Shown: piece by piece, positions 59,501 through 64,000 of the stretch
How positions within the stretch are numbered: position 1 is the stretch's first letter
Layout of the letters: each line of letters opens with the position of its first letter
Assembly (NCBI RefSeq): GCF_001447785.1
Contig: NW_015160876.1
Coordinates: forward strand, 224,713 to 288,712
Reading direction: 5' to 3'
Origin: Gekko japonicus
Taxonomy: Eukaryota
DNA length: 64,000 bases
Program-made: the position numbers and the translations under genes
Notes under the pieces: generated by a model
What the model saw: the letters and a program-made list of their open reading frames with translations, nothing else
What the model was told of the DNA's origin: nothing
Database searches by the model: none

Positions 59501-60673
59501 AATTTGCAGACCCTTATTTATAAGTCTCTTATAAATATTTATGCACCAAATCAACACCAGGACAAATGCTACAAAAATCTACAGGAATTGATCTCAAAAC
59601 AGGATTTTGATGAACTTTGCATGATTGGAGACTACAATGTGGTGTCTGACAGAACCCTAGATATAAAATCGGTTATAGGGAAATGGAAGCAAGGAAATGA
59701 ACTCCCCTCAACATTCTTACAACTAGCTGAATAAAGTAATTGTGTGGATGCCTGGAAAGTGAGAAACCCACATAAACAAGACTACACCTTCTACTCAGCA
59801 AGACACAAGTCCAGGTCAAGAATAGATATGTGTTGGATTTCTACCACAATGACAATTGATGTATTAGAAGTGGAAGTTCTTCCAGCAACTTTTGCTGACC
59901 ATAATCTGATCACCCTGGAAATACAAGACACCCCTAAAAGAAACAGATGGACTTTGAATACTATTCTTAAGAATGAAAGATTTGTAAGAGAATCCAAAAA
60001 AGAATTTCAAATATTTTTTGAGCAGAAACTTCTATAAACATTGAATGGGACGCCTTTAATGCTTTTGCTAGGGGATGGATGATTAGAGAAACAGCACACG
60101 TCAAGAAACAGAGGTTAGAAAAATATCTTCAAATTCAAGACCAGATTAAAAAACAAGAAGAAAAGATGAAACAGGATCCTTCTACTGAACAGAAAAAAGA
60201 CTAAACTCAGACTTTTGGAACAGCAAATGAATTGCCTATTGATACAGGAAATAGCAAAAAAAAAGTATGCCAAGCAAAATTATTTTGAAAATGCCAATAA
60301 ACCAATGAGATGGCTAGCTTATAAACTATGAAAAGAAAGGGAAAAAAGATACATTAAAACACTAAAAATGATTTGGGAGAAGAGAAAAAAAATTGGAAGA
60401 TTTGAAAAGCATTGTGGAAGTATAGTATGAAAACCTATATAAGAAAAGAGAAGCATCACAGGAACAAAGTAAAAAATACTTGGGAACTAATAAAACTAAA
60501 ATATTTACAGAGAGTCAGAGAAAAACCTTGAATGATCCAATATCCATTGCTGAATTGATAGAAGCATTGAAAAAACAAAAGGGGGCAAAACCCCCAGGCC
60601 CAGACAGGCTCCCAGCAGAATTTTACCATACTTTTGAAGATCAGTTGATAAGGCCAATAAAAACCGTATTGCA

Positions 60674-62498
60674 GGACTTCTGGTTTATGGTGACACGCAG
60701 GCAGACGCATCTCCCGGACGTCCCAGGGATGCAAACTGCACACCGGCGTGTAGGAGGGGAGTCTTGGTAAAAGGCTCCTAGCCAGGGAGGTTTTGAGGGG
60801 CGGCCTCTTCAATGGTGAAATGCTGGAGAATTGAGGCGCCCCTCTGCCCCAAAGGTCCTGCCGCTGAGTGACCGTATGGTACAAGTGCTGCTGACCAGGA
60901 CAAGCGTTGGAGATTGGGTGGAAAAGAAACCGATGCTGAACGAGGCCGGATGGGCCAACAACGAACTGTGAGTTGGGTTGAAGCAAGCATGAAGATATAA
61001 AAAGAAATCTGCCCCCCCTTAAAGAGCGATGAAAAAGTGAGTGGGGGAGGGGCTCCTCCCAACAGCATAGATGAAACATGGGCAAAAAGAGGGGGGGAGC
61101 CGAAAAACAAGCGCTTAAAACTGTTTTAAGAGACTTACCAGAGCGCAGATAAGCGTTTGGGCGAATATCACAGATTTGAGCAACTTTTTGAAAAGTAAAC
61201 AAATCCAAAAAGATGGTGGGGAAGAAACTGGAGAAAGAAAAGCTGTTGAAATCAAAATTAGTGGGTAGTCCTCAAACGGAAGAGACTACCGAGCTCTCAA
61301 AACTGTTGGCTGATTCCTTGCACCGTCTGCTGGAGGAGAAGACTAATATCAAGCTGCAACTGTCAACAATCAGTCAGAGTTTGGCATCACAGCAATTGCA
61401 ATTGACTCAAGCCTTAAAAGCAATGGAGCAAATGGGTGAGAAGGTGAAGGAAATGGACGCCAATGCTAAAAAAGTTAACAAAAAGGTGCAAAAGTTGGAA
61501 ATGAAGCAAGTCACGGAAGAGTCAAAACTTTTACAGCTGCAAATGGAGAAAGCAAATTTGGTCCTTCGGTTCCAAGGGGTCCTGGAAATTAAAGGAGAGA
61601 ATCTGAAGCAACGACTAAGTGAAGCAATAGCCCCAATGACAGATTTGACAGCAGAATACCTCTACAGCAAGATGGATGTGGTCTACAGGTCCTATTCTTC
61701 ATATATCAAGAAAAATAATCTGCCTGGGGAAATAGTAGTCAGATTCTCGAAGAGACATGTGAGAGATGCTATCTTGAAAGCAACTACAGGAGCACCCTTG
61801 AAAATTGGGGACAACAACATCAGGATTTTAAAAGATATTCCATTTGACATAAGACAGAAGAGAAAGAACTATAAAGAATTAATCCTTTTCTTACAAACAA
61901 ATGGCATCAGTTACAGACGGCTAATTCCAGAAGGCGTCATTTTCAAACTCCACGATAAAAAAGAAAAGATTGACTCTGTTTTTAAAGCACGGGATTTTCT
62001 GCGAACACATCTCGGGGAACCAGATGAGGACAAAAAAGGAAGAAGAAGAAAGCAAATCTGATGGCGAGTTGGCTCGGGGTTGTCGGACGAGGACTCTCCC
62101 TCTGAAAAGGGGGTGGTTGCCCCCAAAAGTCCATATAAACTGAGGATTAGAAAATATAAGAATAAATAAGGGCTGAAGGACTCTGATTTGTGCCTGAAAA
62201 AATGCTGAAATAACTTTGGGATGCTCTGGTGATTTCTTTAAACAGTTAAATGGATCTTTAATCGATAAGTAATTTAGCATAACCGACTATGTTCATTGTA
62301 TTACTAACTTTTTTAAAAAATAATATTGATATAAGCTGATGTATTGATCTCCTACTCTTGGGTTTTTTAGTTAGTAGTGGGTCTTTTTTCTTTCTCCTTA
62401 GATGTAGTCCCCCTTCCTATATTTTCAGTTATAGTTTGTAGTCTGCAAAAAACCCAATAAAAATTCCCCTCAGGGGGATTAAAAAACCCAAAAAAACC
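60674..62498 (+). mobile_element. Complete ORF1-only L1 derivative (HAL1-like)
   Basis: 5' GGACTTCTGGTTTATGG, CpG-rich 5' UTR, single ORF, AATAAA at 62456, A-rich tail; 14-bp TSD AAAACCGTATTGCA at 60660-60673 and 62499-62512. Confidence 0.85.
61213..62061 (+). CDS. L1 ORF1p-like protein (coiled coil, RRM, CTD), 282 aa, uninterrupted
   Basis: Heptad-rich N half; LRFQGVLE.KGENL, D.VYR, LPGEIVVRF, IRILKDIP..IRQKRK.Y, GISYR.LIPEG motifs. Confidence 0.85.
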   Translation: MVGKKLEKEKLLKSKLVGSPQTEETTELSKLLADSLHRLLEEKTNIKLQLSTISQSLASQQLQLTQALKAMEQMGEKVKEMDANAKKVNKKVQKLEMKQVTEESKLLQLQMEKANLVLRFQGVLEIKGENLKQRLSEAIAPMTDLTAEYLYSKMDVVYRSYSSYIKKNNLPGEIVVRFSKRHVRDAILKATTGAPLKIGDNNIRILKDIPFDIRQKRKNYKELILFLQTNGISYRRLIPEGVIFKLHDKKEKIDSVFKARDFLRTHLGEPDEDKKGRRRKQI

Positions 62499-62620
62499 AA
62501 AACCGTATTGCAACATATAATAAATGAAGGAGAACTTCAAGATTCATGGAAAGAAGCTCTGATGACACTTATACACAAGCAAAATTCTGATGAAAAAGAA
62601 ATTAAAAATTACAGACCAGT

Positions 62621-63480
62621 TTTCTTGTTTGTTTATTTAAAATCTCCGTAGGGATATTTTTTATTTTGCATATACTACAAACTACAAAGAAATATAGGGA
62701 AGGGACTACAACTAGGGATAAAGAAAAGCAAACCACACTAGACTAAAACCCCAAGAGAAGATCTTTTCACTGTTAGTAAATACGTTAGTACCATTAGTTT
62801 TATTATCACAATATACTTGTTGAGTTCTTGCTTATAACAATTCGCTTCTTGTATGTTATTTTGTTGTTATGATGTGGATTATAAAATTCACGCTTCCATT
62901 TAGCAACAAGAATGAAAAAAGTTCTCTCCCAAATGATCCATAGAGACCAAGCAAGTTTTCTTCCTAAAAGACAATTGAGAAATAACGTGGGGATGATATT
63001 GAATGTATTAGAATATTATGCACATCTTTTTTAAAAAAACAATATATTTTATTTATAAATTTTCCACAGTATATAGTATTGCAAATAATAATCCTTATAT
63101 ACATTTGAGTATGTTTTTTCCATATGTTATTTGTCCATTTATATACTCTCAACCATTTTTTAAGGTGTATATTGTCATCTTTTCCTTGAAGTATCAAACT
63201 CAATTTATCAATTTCTGCCATTTCTAACAACTTGAATGCTATTTCCTCTCTTGGAGGGATCCTTTCTAGTTTCCAAAACATGACTAACAAAATTCTAGCA
63301 GTCGTTAGGATATATATCAACATATAAACATCATTTTGCTCATAATGTTCCGGAATTATATTTAACAAAGCCATTTCTGGAGTTAAGACAAAGTTCATAT
63401 TCATTATTTCTGATATTATCTTTTGCACCATCAACCAATAGCTATAAACTTTTCCACATCACTACCACATATGGAAGAAT
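62621..63480 (-). mobile_element. L1 3' end (ORF2 C-terminus + 3' UTR)
   Basis: FFHMW..CGKV..YW, TPEMALL, LTTARILL..FWK..IP motifs; 3' UTR ends AATAAAAAATATCCC..(AAAC)n. Confidence 0.85.
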
Positions 63481-63714
63481 GGCAATAGGAAAAGAGGCAG
63501 ATGGCTTCCAGGGAGGTTCCAGTGGGGGCAAAGGTTAAGCAGGACCCATCAGAGGATCAGCAGGGCTTGGGAGGCCAGACAGCTGTTCTGCCCATGCACT
63601 TGGGAGGAATGAATCTACTTCTAGACCTGGCAGCTCAGCCTTACTTGCATATAGGTAAATAGGTGCCACTGGAGCCATCTTCGCATTATGGCCCTTGTGT
63701 TACTAGCTGAGGCA

Positions 63715-64000
63715 GACCTTGTGATGATAAGAGCAAGGTGGCCCAGTGTGCAGATAGTCTGGTTGGCTATTCTGCCTGACCATGAAGGGCAATGTCCTGG
63801 TGTTATAAGTGGAGGCTGACCTTGCGATGATAAGACCGAGGTGGCCCAGAGTGCGGATAGTCTGGTTGGCTATTCTGCCTCACCATGAAGGGCAATGCCC
63901 TGGTGTTACAAGTGGAAAATGACCTTGCGATGATAAGACCGAGGTGGCCCAGAGTGCGGATAGTCTGGTTGGCTATTCTGCCTCACCATGAAGGGCAATG
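63715..64000. repeat. 103-bp minisatellite running off the window end
   Basis: Units start at 63715, 63818 and 63921 (GACCTTG.GATGATAAGA...CATGAAGGGCAATG). Confidence 0.92.

Larger units (their letters stand above)
59510..62620 (+). mobile_element. L1 ORF2 fragment (EN to start of RT), disrupted and split by an insertion
   Basis: INIYAPN, IGDYN, DAWK..NP..DYTFYS, SRIDMCW, ADHN, KPPGPD.LPAEFY; resumes after 62498 with SWKEALMTLIHK..KNYRP. Confidence 0.88.

Noticed and set aside
61213-62061. Domesticated L1TD1-like host gene
   Set aside because: Retains its TSD, UTRs and A tail inside another TE; no evidence of domestication from the sequence alone.
59510-63480. Single twin-primed (5'-inverted) L1
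   Set aside because: The minus-strand piece has its poly(A) end at the internal junction, which fits an independent insertion rather than twin priming.

Overview
Eukaryotic (squamate reptile, most likely gecko judging by its SINE/MITE repertoire) genomic window. It carries three coding exons of METRNL (meteorin-like) on the + strand: 3559-3947, 38250-38309 and 41947-42275. The signal-peptide exon is not in the window. Intron 2 is ~34 kb and, like the downstream region, is filled with transposon remnants: L2, CR1, L1, RTE-BovB and RTEX-like LINEs; tRNA- and 5S-derived SINEs; many hAT MITEs with 8-bp TSDs; a deleted DIRS; a Gypsy integrase fragment; solo LTRs; and Helitron-like and Penelope-like remnants. 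There are three assembly gaps. Most notable: (i) a complete, TSD-flanked 1.8-kb ORF1-only L1 derivative (HAL1-like) with an uninterrupted 282-aa ORF1, whose 3' tail is homologous to the 3' end of an adjacent ORF2-bearing L1; (ii) a CpG-rich chimeric SINE with a Sauria-SINE-like head and an L2-type tail. Repeat family names come from motif recognition, not database searches.
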